Assembly (NCBI RefSeq): GCF_037042905.1
Contig: NC_087255.1
Coordinates: 12,462,001 to 12,526,000, forward strand
Direction of reading: 5' to 3'
Source: Lytechinus pictus
Lineage: Eukaryota
DNA length: 64,000 bases
The notes below the pieces were generated by a model that ran no database searches, was not told the origin of the DNA, and was given only the letters and a program-made list of their open reading frames with translations. The translations under genes were made by a program, and so were the position numbers. The stretch's first letter is position 1. Each line of letters starts with the position of its first letter. Of the stretch, positions 1 through 12,300 are shown in pieces.

Positions 1-66
1 CTAGTGCATTTCTACCTCCATCCACTTTCTCTTAGTCCTTTCCAGGACTTTTCACATGGTGCGCCG

Positions 67-201
67 TAATAATGACAGCTGGATTTATAAAGCGCTTTTT
101 GCCTGAGATTTCTTGCTGAAGGAAAACACGCCATGGCTAGGATTCGAACCCACGACTCTTCTGTTTCAAAGGCAAGAGTCAGGACCACTAGACCACGGCA
201 C
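67..201 (-). mobile_element. tRNA-derived SINE, internally deleted
   Basis: Minus-strand head with A box (gtggtctagtgg) and B box (ggttcgaatcc), and a gcgctttataaat...attatta tail. Same family as 58430-58700. Confidence 0.75.
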
Positions 202-265
202 ACGCAACATAAACCGTAATTTCTGCGAAAATAAACGAACTTAAGAAATAGTTTGACTGGATCAC

Positions 266-3200
266 CTGATCTTCATTCTCCTTGTCGACCTCCGCAGTCT
301 CAAATTCAGTCTTGACTGGGGCATCGGCGGATCCTTCCTGGCCGGTAGATTGCCTCATGGCCCGCAGCAAGAGACGCAATACGTGACAATCCTTGAGGAC
401 CTTGGAGAGGTTACCGGTCTGTGGATTCTCAAAGGTCTTGTCTCCCGCAGTAGATACCTGGAAATGAATGAGGATTGATTATTTAACCCTTTGGAGGCTG
501 AATGCTTTTGCTATGACCAGGCACGATATTCCTCTCTTAAAAAAAAAATCTGAAAAATAGCCATCGGTCGCTAAGTCACCGACGAAGTCTGAGGCATCCC
601 GGTCGGGGTTACAAGCTCTTGTATACATGTAGTAAAGAAATAAAAAGTGATTTTTCAAGGTGAGTCTGCATGATAGTTTTATCATTTGACTTAAAAAAGA
701 AGCAAAAACAGCATGAGAATGTTCTTGGGCAAAGGATTTCACGTTAAAAAAAAAAAAAAAAATTTAAATTTTCAAAAATCTGAAGAAAAAAAAAGAAAAA
801 AAAAAAAAATCGGATTTCAGATTTTAGTCGGGAAAATATCATGCCTCTATGACGCATGTTTCAATAAAGTCCAGATTGAATTGCTTTACTGCAGAAAAAG
901 CATGCCACGCTTAGAATCATGGCTCTATTTAAGGGTAATTGCCCCAAGATTCAAGTTGCAAACATATATGCCGTCCCGCACTGAGCGGGATGACATCATA
1001 ATGTAACGACCAGAAACATAACGATTCACACAAAAAAACGCCTCTTGCAACAACGTGTGGTTGGTAAAGGCATAAAAACCTCACAAATATCACTATGTAT
1101 CTGTTCATCACTTTCTTTGTCTAATAATTATCATATTTCATGTAGTAGGAATGTGGGGGTCAAAGTGTTGAAAATCAAATTATGTGTTAGCAGATTGCAG
1201 TTATCAATCACAGGTTGCTGCACTGTGTTCCATTGAACTTTTTAAATCGTCCCTCAAGATTCATATATTTCAGCAGATGTGTAGTAATTAGCTGAGTTGG
1301 ATGAGCCCGCACATATGGATGTTTCTAAAAGAAGTATGGCGCAATATAAATGCTGTGGATTATCATCATCATCAATGACATCTCAGGCTAAAAATCCCTA
1401 GAGTCACAACAAGCATAATCTGGTGGGTGTTTCATAAAGCTGTTCGTAAGATACGAATGACTTTACGCACGACTGGTGATCCTTTCTTGTGCTCTGTGAT
1501 ATCCCTATGTAATTGATTTATGACCTTACAACAGGTTCCAGTCTTGCGTAAAGTCGTGCGTAACTTTACGAACAGCTTTATGAAACACCCACCAGGAGTG
1601 TACGCAAAGTAAAATAAAACCTAGAACAGATTTCACTGACATCATAAATAAAAACGACCACCATTAAGAAGAAGAGAGATGGATCTTACCGGTCTAAACT
1701 TTGAGGGAATGACTGGGAGTGCTTCTAGGAAGAACTGATCTATAGTGGAGTCTTCACCATGCATGCTAGGCAGATCTAGAACTCCAAAAATATGACGTAA
1801 AACTTTACCTAGAAACAAACAAACAAACAAGGAGATAAGGTTTTACTTACGGAAGCGTCGTGGTGTAGCGGTTCTGACTCTCGCCTTATAATCAGAGGGT
1901 CGTGTGTTCGAATCCCACCATGGCCTAACGTCCTTTGGCAAGGCGTTAATCCACACTTTGCCACTCTCCACCCAGTAGTTAATGGGTACTCTTGTTGGAA
2001 TGCTCCCCAGGGAGTGGAGAAGGTGCATACATTGTATGCGGGCATGCAAGGATCCGATGACCGGGGTAATAATATGTCTGTAAAGCGCTTAGAGACGTCG
2101 TTCCGATGTATTAAGCGCTATATAAATGCGGAATATTATTATCATTATTACTGCTTACCACATATTGTCACTGGACTGTTAAAACCTGGTGTCTCAAATT
2201 GTAAAAAAATTGAGGATATATCAGATAAAGCTTATTTTTAGAGTTATGACATATGTAACATCCTTGTTTTGCCTGAAAAGTGACCTCTGTAGAATAAGGT
2301 AATTGTTTTAAAGATAAATTCCAGAAAACAGAATCCAAGAAACTACCCTCAAAGTGTATGTATGTATAAATAAAAATATGTGCCAAATAGCTCTGGAAGA
2401 AAATGCGTAATTGCTGAGAAATGAGCAAAATAAGCACGGAATTCCATCAATGTCTGGTATTTTTCGAAGCAAAATTAATACACTGCCCAAAATATGCTTT
2501 TCTGTGTTAGTGATATCATCAGAATCATCAATTTTGAGCTGAGATTTCATGATTTTACAAAGATACATGTAAGTTTACATTAATGTACCAGATCTAGATG
2601 TATGAAAATATTTTAACAATTAACCTTGATTTAAAAGACTTTCTTAAGAAATAATTGTCTGCAGCAACTGCTGTCTTGTACCTTTACAACAACATAAGGC
2701 TGCTGCCATTGAATAAACTGAAGAATGTAACTGACTCCTTACTTACCATCATTTTGCATCAGTTTCCGAAGATGTTTCCTAGCTTCATGAGGAGAAAGAT
2801 AGACCATCTGGAGCCCTTGACCAGTACCACTGGTCACCTTGGTGAGGATAACGCTATTATGGAGAGGACGGATCTCACGGACCGGTTTCTTGCACAGAGG
2901 ACACTTCCTACCGCGTGACGCTATGTGCTGACGTATGAAGGACTGGATGACATTACGTCGACACTCCTCAATGTGACGTGCTTCGGAGGTTTCGTCTTTC
3001 TTTAATTCTACGAGATAAGAATGATAAGGGATACATTCATTGGTGGTGTGGAAGTGTAGGACCATCATCATCATTTTCATCATTATTATCATTATCACAA
3101 AGAGCTTACCAGATAGGATCTTATTACATATTCTTTGAAAGGTGTTTCGATCTCATCGGTCAATTCTTCATCTGATTCATCATCATCATTAACATCATCA

Positions 3201-5825
3201 TCAACATCAACATCATGATCATGATGATGATCATCATCATTATCATCATCAACATCATCATCATTACCATCAACATCATCATCATTGCCATTATATCATC
3301 ATCATCATTGTCATCATCATCATCATCATCAACAACATCATCACCATCACCATTATATCATGATGATGATGATCATCATCATCATCATCATTGNNNNNNN
3401 NNNNNNNNNNNNNNNNNNNNNNNNNNNNNNNNNNNNNNNNNNNNNNNNNNNNNNNNNNNNNNNNNNNNNNNNNNNNNNNNNNNNNNNNNNNNNNNNNNNN
3501 NNNNNNNNNNNNNNNNNNNNNNNNNNNNNNNNNNNNNNNNNNNNNNNNNNNNNNNNNNNNNNNNNNNNNNNNNNNNNNNNNNNNNNNNNNNNNNNNNNNN
3601 NNNNNTTACCATTATATCATCATCATCATCATCACCATCACTATCATCATTATATCATTATTATCATCATTATCAAAAAGTGCTTACCAGATAGGATCTT
3701 ATCCACATATTCTCTTAGACTCGTCTCCATCTCATCAACCAATCCTTCATCATCCGATTCAGAGATGACCTGACTGGCCACTTCGGCAAGGTCTCCTACG
3801 CTACCCAACAAACCGTGATCCAAGCAACGGAGCTGGTGGACTACCAGACACAGGGTCCATCGAGGGGCGAGCAGGTGGTTACACTCTAAACAACTACCAT
3901 GAAGGAGCTACAGGGAGGGAGGGAGAGAGGTCAGAGATAGATGGAGGTGGACGAAGAGAGAAGAGAGAGAGATGGAGGAAGAGGGGAGAAAGGGAGGAGG
4001 CAGAGAAAACGAAGGTAGAGAGGGAGATAAAGAGACCAAAATGCAGAGAGAGAGGGGGGTACAGAGGCAAAGAGGAGGGAGAGGAAATAAAGGCAGAAAC
4101 AAAAAAAAGGAGATAGAGAGACAGTAAGACAGAGGGAGGAAGAGAACGAGAGAAAGAGAGAGAGGCAAAGAACAGGGAGTGGGGAGAAAGTGGGATAACA
4201 GAGAGACAGAAAATAGACAGATTAAGAGACAGAAAGTCAGAGAGAGAGAGAGAGAGAAACAGATAGAGACAACAGAATAAAGGGAGAGAGAGAGACAGAA
4301 AGACAGATAGGAATAGAGAAATGGAAGAGAGGGGTGGGCGGATAGAGACCGAAGGCCAAAAGAGGGGAAATGAGAAAAAGAGAATAACGGTAAAAAAATA
4401 GAATGGAAATAATTTGTAAAAATCATTTATTTAATTTACATGCATGTGCAGTTGTGCGCAGTGGCTAATAGTATTATGCCAAGGAATTCTGATGGGGGGG
4501 GGGGGGGTGCAACATGTACTGAAGATGACCTCATTTCTTATTTTCAAGTGAATACTGGAGGTATCAAACCGAAGTTTATGCTCATCTTTCTTCTCATCTC
4601 TTCCCCTTTCCCCTAGTTATTTTTTTTTTACCCCTTTTTTCCTTATATATGGGGGGGGGCATCACCTGCTGCAACCCCCCCCCCCCCATGGGAATGACAG
4701 AATTCAGTAGTCAACAGTCTACTTTTGGATATTCCCTGCACAAAGTCTATGTAAATGACAGAGGTTAATGCATGCTTACCTGACGAACAAGCGGAAAGAA
4801 GAGCGGATTGAAGACAGGAAGTGGCAGGGTCACATGACCCATGTGACCTGGACAATGGAACTGACCCAAGCTGCATGTTCCACAGAGCTCATCTCGATCA
4901 CTTGGACCTGTAAGACACGAGTGAAAGATTCAAAATGAATGCAGAAGATGACAACAGAGAGTAGGAGCATTTCACTCAAATTGGATATCGTTACACCGGC
5001 ACAAATTTTTACACTTGAGCCAGAACAAAAGAAATGGTCCAGGGAATCCATTGTTCTGGCTTGTTTACTCTATTGTTCTGGGCAAGAGTGTAGATTCGAG
5101 TGCAATTACACCCAAAGATTGCTGACTGCCACTGTATAGCATGCATGATCATATTCGTCACTGTCGATTAGACTTTTTATCAATGAGATGCTAAACACAT
5201 TCATCATGTTCTAGTGTTTCGGCAGGAAAGGAACTACTTTGGATCATACTACACGTACATGTAGGTAAAAAGCATTATGAATCATGTGGCATTGCAATCT
5301 CTTTCCTTCCGCTTCAGGTCTACTGTACGAGCTAAACCTCAGAGTCTTTGACCCTTCATAAACTTACCTAGTGCAGGATCATTGAGGTCTCCTAAGGTTT
5401 GGTGTCAAAGGTCATCAAAAGATCTTGGATTAGTTAATTCTTTCACACTCAACTGCTTCAGACCTTAAGAACTGCTGTAAATGCCATACCTCATAGTCTT
5501 TGAGACTTCATGGACTTACTTGGTTCAGGACCATAGAGGCCTCCTATGGTTGGGCGTCCAATGTCATCATAAGATCTTGGATTAATAAATTCTTTCACAC
5601 TCAACTGCTTTAGGCCTTCACTGCTTTACATGCTAAACCATACAGAGACTTTGTGGACTTACCTAGAGCAGGGTCATAGAGGCCTCCTAAGGTTGGGTGC
5701 CCGAGGTCATCAAAAGATCTTGGATTAGTTAATTCTTTCACACTCAACTGCTTCAGGTCTTCGCTGCTGTACGTGCTAAACCTCACAGAGTCAACACGTT
5801 TACTAGGAATCTCTCTCACTGACAT
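266..5825 (-). CDS. POLR1A: DNA-directed RNA polymerase I subunit RPA1, 5' part (6 coding exons; gene continues beyond window start)
   Basis: Exons with GT/AG sites and consistent phases: 5825-5663 (MSVREIPSKRVDSVRF...NPRSFDDLGHPTLGGLYDPAL), 4907-4780 (GPSDRDELCGTCSLGQFHCPGHMGHVTLPLPVFNPLFFPLVRQ; Zn clamp CxxC..CPGHxGH), 3907-3688 (LLHGSCLECNHLL...), 3007-2747 (...KCPLCKK...LSPHEARKHLRKLMQND), 1808-1690 (...FFLEALPVIPSKFRP), 457-266 (VSTAGDKTFENPQTGNLSKVLKDC...). The motifs GGLYDPALG, PSKFRP and ENPQT are typical of Pol I A190/RPA1. The last donor (265) is less certain. Confidence 0.95.
1420..1595. mobile_element. MITE (second copy at ~15741-15921)
   Basis: ~30-bp TIR ctggtgggtgtttcataaagctgttcgtaa with its reverse complement at the other end. 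Confidence 0.8.
1851..2150 (+). mobile_element. Full-length tRNA-derived SINE with LINE-like 3' tail
   Basis: A box (gtggtgtagcgg), B box (gttcgaatcc), central ctccacccag..aatgggtac core, tail aagcgctatataaatg-(tat)n. Confidence 0.85.
2309..2686. mobile_element. Dispersed non-autonomous DNA element (second copy ~8899-9318)
   Basis: The two copies align along their length (aaagataaat.ccag...gtgccaaatagctctggaagaaaatgcgtaattgctgagaaatgagc...tacctttac). Confidence 0.75.
3062..3675. repeat. (ATC)n microsatellite spanning an assembly gap (N 3394-3605)
   Basis: Direct reading; explains the poly-I/H/S/M ORFs in the ORF track. Confidence 0.95.
3911..4410. repeat. GA-rich low-complexity tract (pyrimidine-rich on the POLR1A strand, next to the exon 3 acceptor)
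   Basis: Almost pure purine run on the + strand. Confidence 0.9.
5308..5795 (-). repeat. Tandem ~145-150-bp duplication of POLR1A coding exon 1 plus its splice donor (original, 2 degenerate copies, 1 partial)
   Basis: agatcttggatta.t.aattctttcacactcaactgctt recurs near 5420, 5572 and 5715, each copy with an acttac (GTAAGT) donor at ~5362, ~5515 and ~5658. Confidence 0.9.
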
Positions 5826-6320
5826 ATTCCTTACTTCCGCCTATGGGAACGCCGAGTGGATAGAGTCTGCCTGGCTCACTTGTATTGTCAGAATATACCT
5901 TAAAGGAGATAAAGAGTAAAAATTTAGAAATAGTTCATACCGAGTCATTTTGTGCCAATACACTTTCTTTCTTTTGATGAAATGTAGACCAGAGGCCCGT
6001 TTAATAGAGTTACAACTTTTGTAACTTTGCTATTATGACAACTACCATGGCAACCTTGATTTTGATTGGCTGCTGAGCCCTTTTACCATGGTAGTTGCCA
6101 TAATGGCAAAGTTACAACAGTTGCAAGTCCTTTATGAAACAACCCCTGGTTTGGGGCATACCTTCGTCTATTCTTATTAGTCTACTACATTAATGCGGCC
6201 ACTTGGTATATGTCGCTTTTCTGCAATTTTCTGGTGGAGAAATTGCTTGAAGTTGGGCGGTGCAAAACTACATTAGCCCCTCTAGTGCGACAATCAGCAG
6301 CCTCGAAATCACTCTGCAGA
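5826..6320 (-). promoter_or_regulatory. Putative POLR1A 5' UTR: non-coding first exon, short intron and promoter
   Basis: Acceptor tttactctttatctcctttaag| opens the ATG exon at 5898. Candidate donor AAG|gtatgc at 6162/6161. An ACTACA-type motif (aaactacattagccc) lies near 6265. Confidence 0.45.
5994..6149. mobile_element. Palindromic MITE family (related copies ~22201-22350, ~54631-54765, ~56355-56503)
   Basis: ggcccgttt.at...gtaactttgc...caactaccatgg / ccatggtagttg...gcaaagttac inverted structure. Confidence 0.7.
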
Positions 6321-6512
6321 GCTTTTGCTGTTGTTGAAAGTCAGTGGCAATTTGCCACTGCGCTGCATTGAGTATGAACATGCACTGTTCCTAGAAACCA
6401 CAAATTTGAGGGTCTCAAGAACGGGGAAAAAATAAGAATTTCTACAACTTTCTAAATTGGTGATGCTCTGGAACAGAAATTTAGGCTGAAAATGGGGGTC
6501 TCAACCGCAGCA

Positions 6513-6835
6513 TACATTGAATTGTTACCCATTGACTGTGTGACACAGACAGCCAAGTTCTGCACAGCTCATGGCAGCGTTTCGAAGACTGCTAATTGGT
6601 TCATTGCGCAGATCACGTCATGATCACATGGTCACAAAATAATCCAGCCCAAAGGTATGCGAAAGTATCGAAAGCGGTAACGATATCCAGCCACCTTTTA
6701 TATGGTCTTGGCTCGTGATCGGATCGCTCAAGTATCTATAGAAAATTATCAAGATTCGGCATTTTGATGCATATTCACGAGAAATTCCAAAACCCGGAAA
6801 TCAATTGACTTTGTGCACATTACGATAGATTCTAC
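6513..6835 (-). mobile_element. Diverged fragment (long-spacer end) of the CACAGTG/Transib-like non-autonomous family
   Basis: Colinear with the reverse complement of 19170-19382 joined to 26143-26237. Degenerate heptamer tacattg at 6513-6519, 14 nt from gactgtgt as in the intact end. Confidence 0.75.
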
Positions 6836-7268
6836 TATTTGGGGGGTAATTGTCCTGTGGTAATTGTGCACATGGTAAACTAGATTTGATATGGATTTCT
6901 TTTGCTTGAATATTAGAAATTAAATTATCAATCAATATTCAGGAATGTTTATTATCAATCAATTAATCTAAAACGATATATAATAAGAAATAATTTCTTT
7001 TTATTTTACAGTCATTTACCAATGAAAAACAAGAAAGTTACCGTACTTCTGAATAACCCTTTTCTCCTTTACAAAGTCATCTCATCAATCACTGCTTCAT
7101 TCCACACAAATAATCTAGCATTAAGTACAGTCCATTCCCATTATAACAAGGTATTCTGGCAAATACAGTACCTTGTTATGATACCTTGCTATGGAAATCC
7201 TTTGTACAGATCACATCCTCTCATACAAATATGTAAATACATGTGCCATTTCATGTTATGAAGTCTTA

Positions 7269-7522
7269 CAGTAGTGTACGCAGGATTTTTTAAAGGGGGG
7301 GGGGGGGTTTCAAGCTGAATGAAATGTTGACCAAAAAAAGTCCTCACCACCAATTTTAGCTCGTTTCCCCCCCCCCTCCCCCCAAAAAAAAATGGTCAGA
7401 AAAAAAAGGTCTTAAATTTTTTTAGGGGGGGGGCAGTTTGAATTCTTAGGAGGGGTTTGGGTGTAAAAAAATTTAGGGGGGGGGGGTTGAACCCCTGTAA
7501 CCACCCCCTGCATACATTACTG
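7269..7522. mobile_element. hAT-type MITE
   Basis: TIR cagtagtgtacgcagg / cctgcatacattactg; perfect 8-bp TSD aagtctta (7261-7268, 7523-7530). Confidence 0.9.
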
Positions 7523-7844
7523 AAGTCTTATATGTGATTATTAAAGACTGTACAGTGTACAGCTGTAATATACAGTCTACTCCAATTATAATGAACTACT
7601 TGGTGAGTCCTAGCCTCAATGGAAGGCACAAGTAATAAAACAATAATAAAACAAATACATTTATCACATCTCAATACTAATATTCTCTTCTCTCAAATCA
7701 CTCTCAGCTTCATGCTTATAAGGTCATACCTCTGAATCAATAAAAGATGTGTTTGATATATGATATGTAATGAAGATTTAATTTGCATATGCTCACAATT
7801 ATATTGTTTCCTTTTTTCTAACGTGAAGTGCTTTTTCACCCTAA

Positions 7845-8123
7845 AGGCTTGGTCCCACTGCACTTAACGGATGCAGAGAGGATGTAAAACGGAAAAGAAT
7901 CTTGCCATCCATTGGAAAACGTTCTGTATCCGTTGTATACTCTTTGCATACATGTTTCATACGCTCATATCCATTGAGCATCCGCCCACTGTGATTTCAG
8001 TGTTCGCCCATTTTGTCCATTGTCTGGAGCAGATGAAAACGGATGGAGCCACCCCGAAATTTTGCTTGTACGCTGTATCCGCTATGAATAAGTTTTGCAT
8101 CCGTCGGCCAGTGGGACCAGGCC
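7845..8123. mobile_element. MITE (Harbinger-like ends)
   Basis: aggcttggtcccactg ... cagtgggaccaggcct inverted termini. Confidence 0.75.
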
Positions 8124-8284
8124 TTTACACAAGTTTTAACAGAAAGTTATAACTGGAACTTGAAATCTGAATAAAAACATTCATAATCAGTAAAATGTCA
8201 TGATAATTATGTAAAAACAGTAATCCATGTCAATGTTCTAAGAAAGTTGATACTTTCTGCTTTTCTCTATGCTGATAAACATTA

Positions 8285-8598
8285 AGGCCTGTATTCTGAA
8301 CTCAGGTTTAAATTAAAACCTGGTTTAAAGTTGTGGTTTAACTATGGAGAGCCAATTGGGGCACAAATCCCTAACAGTACACATTCCATTTACTAACTCA
8401 TATGACACCCAAATTGTTCTTAATTGTCTGGGAATGACAACTGAAGTATTTTTCTTCATTATGAAAGCAAAAGGAAACAAAATAGTAAACATAAGAAATA
8501 TACAATAAAAACATAATTTTTGAATTTTTGGCTCCCCATAATTTTAGCTCAGAGTTAGACCGTGGTCTAAGTTAAACCTGACTTCAGAATACGGGCCT
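8285..8598. mobile_element. MITE
   Basis: aggcctgtattctgaactcaggttta ... taaacctgacttcagaatacgggcct inverted termini. Confidence 0.8.
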
Positions 8599-9350
8599 CA
8601 GCCATTGAAAATAGTTTTTCCTTCAATACGATAAACAAGGCAATGAGAGTTTTCAATGAACCATTCAATTAATACTTGTAAATTATGATGAATATATACA
8701 AGTGCAATGTAAATGTACATGCATGGTAATGATTCAAAAGGTCCTGAGTTACAGAAATGATTTGAGTTAATTAATCTCTTTTTTCATTATCATTTATCTT
8801 CACCAATATCATCATTACTGGAATTACCGATTATATTCTTTTAATGTTTGATCTGTGGAATAAAAATGTTTCACATTACAAGGATCAATATCAGAAGATC
8901 AAAGATAAATACCAGTTGTGGTAACGATCTCAAAATGAGTTCGAACAGAATCCAATGAAGTTACCACCAAAGTGTTTGTAAGTATGAATAAAAAATATGT
9001 GCCAAATAGCTCTGGAAGAAAATGCGTAATTGCTGAGAAATGAGCAAAATAAGCAAGGAATTCCATCAAACATTGGGTATTTTTCGAAGAATTATCAATA
9101 TACTGTCCGAAATATACTTTTTTGTGTAAGCGATCATCAGAATTATCTATTTTGAGCTCAGATTTCATTATTTTACAAAGATAAGTTTACATGAATGTAC
9201 TAGATCTAGATGTACATGTATGCTAATAGTTTGACAATTAACCTTGATTTAAAAGACTTTCCAATGAAATTGTTTGCTGCAACTACATGTACAGTACTGT
9301 CTTTTACATGTACCTTTACTGCACATACCTTGTAAACTTTGTATTACAAA

Positions 9351-12300
9351 TCACATTATTATCAAGTCATTCTTTTCTAGGTCTTGCAGTAGGTCAAACA
9401 CCCAATCTTGCGCTTCCTCACCCTCTTCTTCATCATCTGGTATATCATACTCTACAGCATATTCTGTATTCAAAGGATTTACATCCTCACTAACAATGCT
9501 CTTCACTACTCCAGCAAACCACTTGGCTTCTGTGCGTTCTTCATCCCAGCACTTGTGTTTGATCCTTTTCCCTACAAGTGAAACAGGATTTCGAAGGAAG
9601 GATTCCAAGAGCTCCTTTGAAGCTTTGATTTCCCGTTTTTTCGTGTCTGACTCCATTTTGTTGTAGAGTTTTCCCTTCAAGGCAAGAGACTTTGGATTTC
9701 TTTGATGCAAAGAAAACTGATTGTCGTCTGTTAGTTGACTCACCAACAGATTAGGATCTGAAGAAGGAACGTCATTTTCTTCGACAACCATGAAGAGATG
9801 CTCCTTCATTTCCTGGGTAGTAAATGTCTTTTTCTCATCCACAGTCGTAGTAAGTTGGAAAAGCTCAGGCTGTCCCTTCAACCGGAGCACTCTTTGATGG
9901 AAGCAGAGCTGAATGTAGATGGCTCTTCGAACACTTTCCTCATCTCCATCTTTCATCTTCTCAAGCTCCTCCTCAATTTTCTCCTTTTTCTTCCAAATAC
10001 CACCTTGGCTGATGACACTGTCGATAAGAGCCACTCTTTCAGACACCTGCTTTCTAGTCTTCTCTTCTTTATTTCTCTGCTTCTCTTGGAGAAGCCTCCA
10101 CTTCTCACTTTTTATTGAGACCATCCTTTCCTTGTACTTCTTTAGTACAGCTGGAGCTCTTGCCCTGGCTTCGGTCATGAGCTCCGCCCGTCTTTCTTCA
10201 TCCAAATCCTCTAACCATGCTGCCGTCTTATTGTTGGTCCATATCATTAGGGCTTCAAGGCTAATCACTCTCGCTGATGGCTTCTGCCTAACAAGCATGT
10301 CTAAGATGGCGAAATCTCTCTCTCCTATTAGATTCGTTGATGGTACTTTGAAGAATGCCTGTTCGAAAGATGTGGACGGCTTCCAGTACTTGCCCCCTGG
10401 TAGGTGATCCTTGCACTGTCGTTCCAATATTTGCAGGATTGCACAGCATATCAGCTCCAAGGCCTGGACACAGATGGCATGTTTGTCTGCATCCTCTTCG
10501 TCACTGAAGAGCTTATCGTAGACAGAGTCCTTCACTGGAGAAATGCCTGTCACCGCTGACATACCAGACAACATGTCGGCACCACCATCCTTCCATGCTG
10601 TTAACTTAAGTTGGAGATGATGCAAAACATCATTCAGCTCAAGGATGTTCCTTGCTGTCTTCACAGCAGTCCAGAAGGGCTCAGTGATGATCTTGTGCAC
10701 AATCCCAAGAGCACGCAACTCTGCTTCATAAACTCTGTCTGCCGCATCTTCTGCCACTGATCGAAGGAGGTTGTTTGGCTCGGGGAGAATGGACACAAAG
10801 TTCCGAAAGTGCTGGAGATGGTAAAACGTTACCGCAGCTCCCTCGAACAAAATGTTGGCCCTATTGCCTACATAGTCGACCAAAAGATTGTCCGAGTCAA
10901 ACTCATGACGAATGTAGGAGGAGAAAGAGTCCTCGACTCCAGATTTGTCGCATCCCTGATGGTGGAAGGCCTTACTCCCGGTTCTGATAAGGCGCCGAAC
11001 CCCAGATTCTCCTGTCAGAAGTGTGTGCATGGTTTTCCCACTAGATGCTATGTCTTCATATGCTTTGAGTATCTTGTCAACCTCTTCGTCAAAATCTATC
11101 AAAGGATGCATCTTGCAGTATAAAGTGGCGAACTGCTGGTACGTTGCCTTCTCTTCCTGCTCCAGCAAGTCCCAGTTTCGAACAACCTCCGGCAGGAGCT
11201 CCTCTTTCAATACACGGAGTTTGTCACTAAATTGCGGCATGGTGGGCCCTTGGTCAGTCATTGTACTCTTTATAGTTGTCATTATTTTTTTGGTAATATT
11301 TGTTGATTCTGTTGCTTCTGTAGATATACTATCTGCCAGTTCTTGCACTTGGGCTGTGAACGAATCGAATACAGCTGAGGTGTCCCTGCCTGCCATCTCA
11401 CACAGGCCCATGGTTCTTGAAGTTCCATCAGGTAAGGTAACCTGAAACTTCCGGTTTTTTTTCAGGTATTTCATCGTTCCGTCACCATGGATGCAGTTAC
11501 CTATGGCATCTCCTGGACGACTAGCCTTCATAGCACTGGCTACTTCCACATCAGCCAAGTGCCGTGCTTCTGATAGGATCCTGGATTTTGTTTCCATTGA
11601 GGGGAGGCGATCCACCTCTTTCCCGGCAAGATTTTTAAGAACAGTTCGTATCACCGTGTCAATTTTGCTGATGGAAACATTGCATGCAAGTAGCTCCATG
11701 ATGGTAAGACATACAGAGTCGTTGAATTTTCCATCTGCAAATGTCTGGATCTTGTCATCTTCCATGAGGTTTATCAACTGCTGCAACTCCATATTTTTCT
11801 GTTCAAGAAAATGGATTCTCTCTTGGAGATTGTCCATTTCCAATTGGTTAGCTTGTTCCTCGTGTTTACTACGATTTCTTTTCATTGTCCACAAACTTTT
11901 GTAGTGCTTTCTCTTTTGGGTCTTTAGTTTTTCACATTTTGTCTCCAGGTCCTCAAGAGATTTTCTGCTGAGTTGTAGTTGAGCTTTTGTGGTTTCAATT
12001 TCTTCTTTCAGATCATTTATAGTTTCATGCGCTCTCCGCGCTTCAGCCTGAAATTTCCCCAAGCTCTCTTCTCTTCGTTTACGCTTCTTATTAGGGTTCC
12101 AATGTTCTGACTGATTTCCTCTGCTCTTCACTTTCATCATTTTTTCCTCTGTCGCTTCAAGTTGCTTCTTAGCATCGTCATTCTTTTTTTTGTACTTGGT
12201 GAGCTCATCCTTGATTGGGTCAAACTTCATGGTGATAGCTTGCAGGTCCTCCAGCAGTGCCTGGTGACTCCCATCAAGCTCTTTAAGTTCAGCAGTCTGC

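Noticed and set aside
1851-1925. tRNA gene (likewise at 47611, 57195, 58620-58700 and 130-201)
   Set aside because: A/B boxes are present but continue into SINE bodies and tails; the cloverleaf is imperfect.
3215-4426. ORFs of 125-172 aa in the ORF track
   Set aside because: Translations of the ATC microsatellite, N gap and GA-rich tract.
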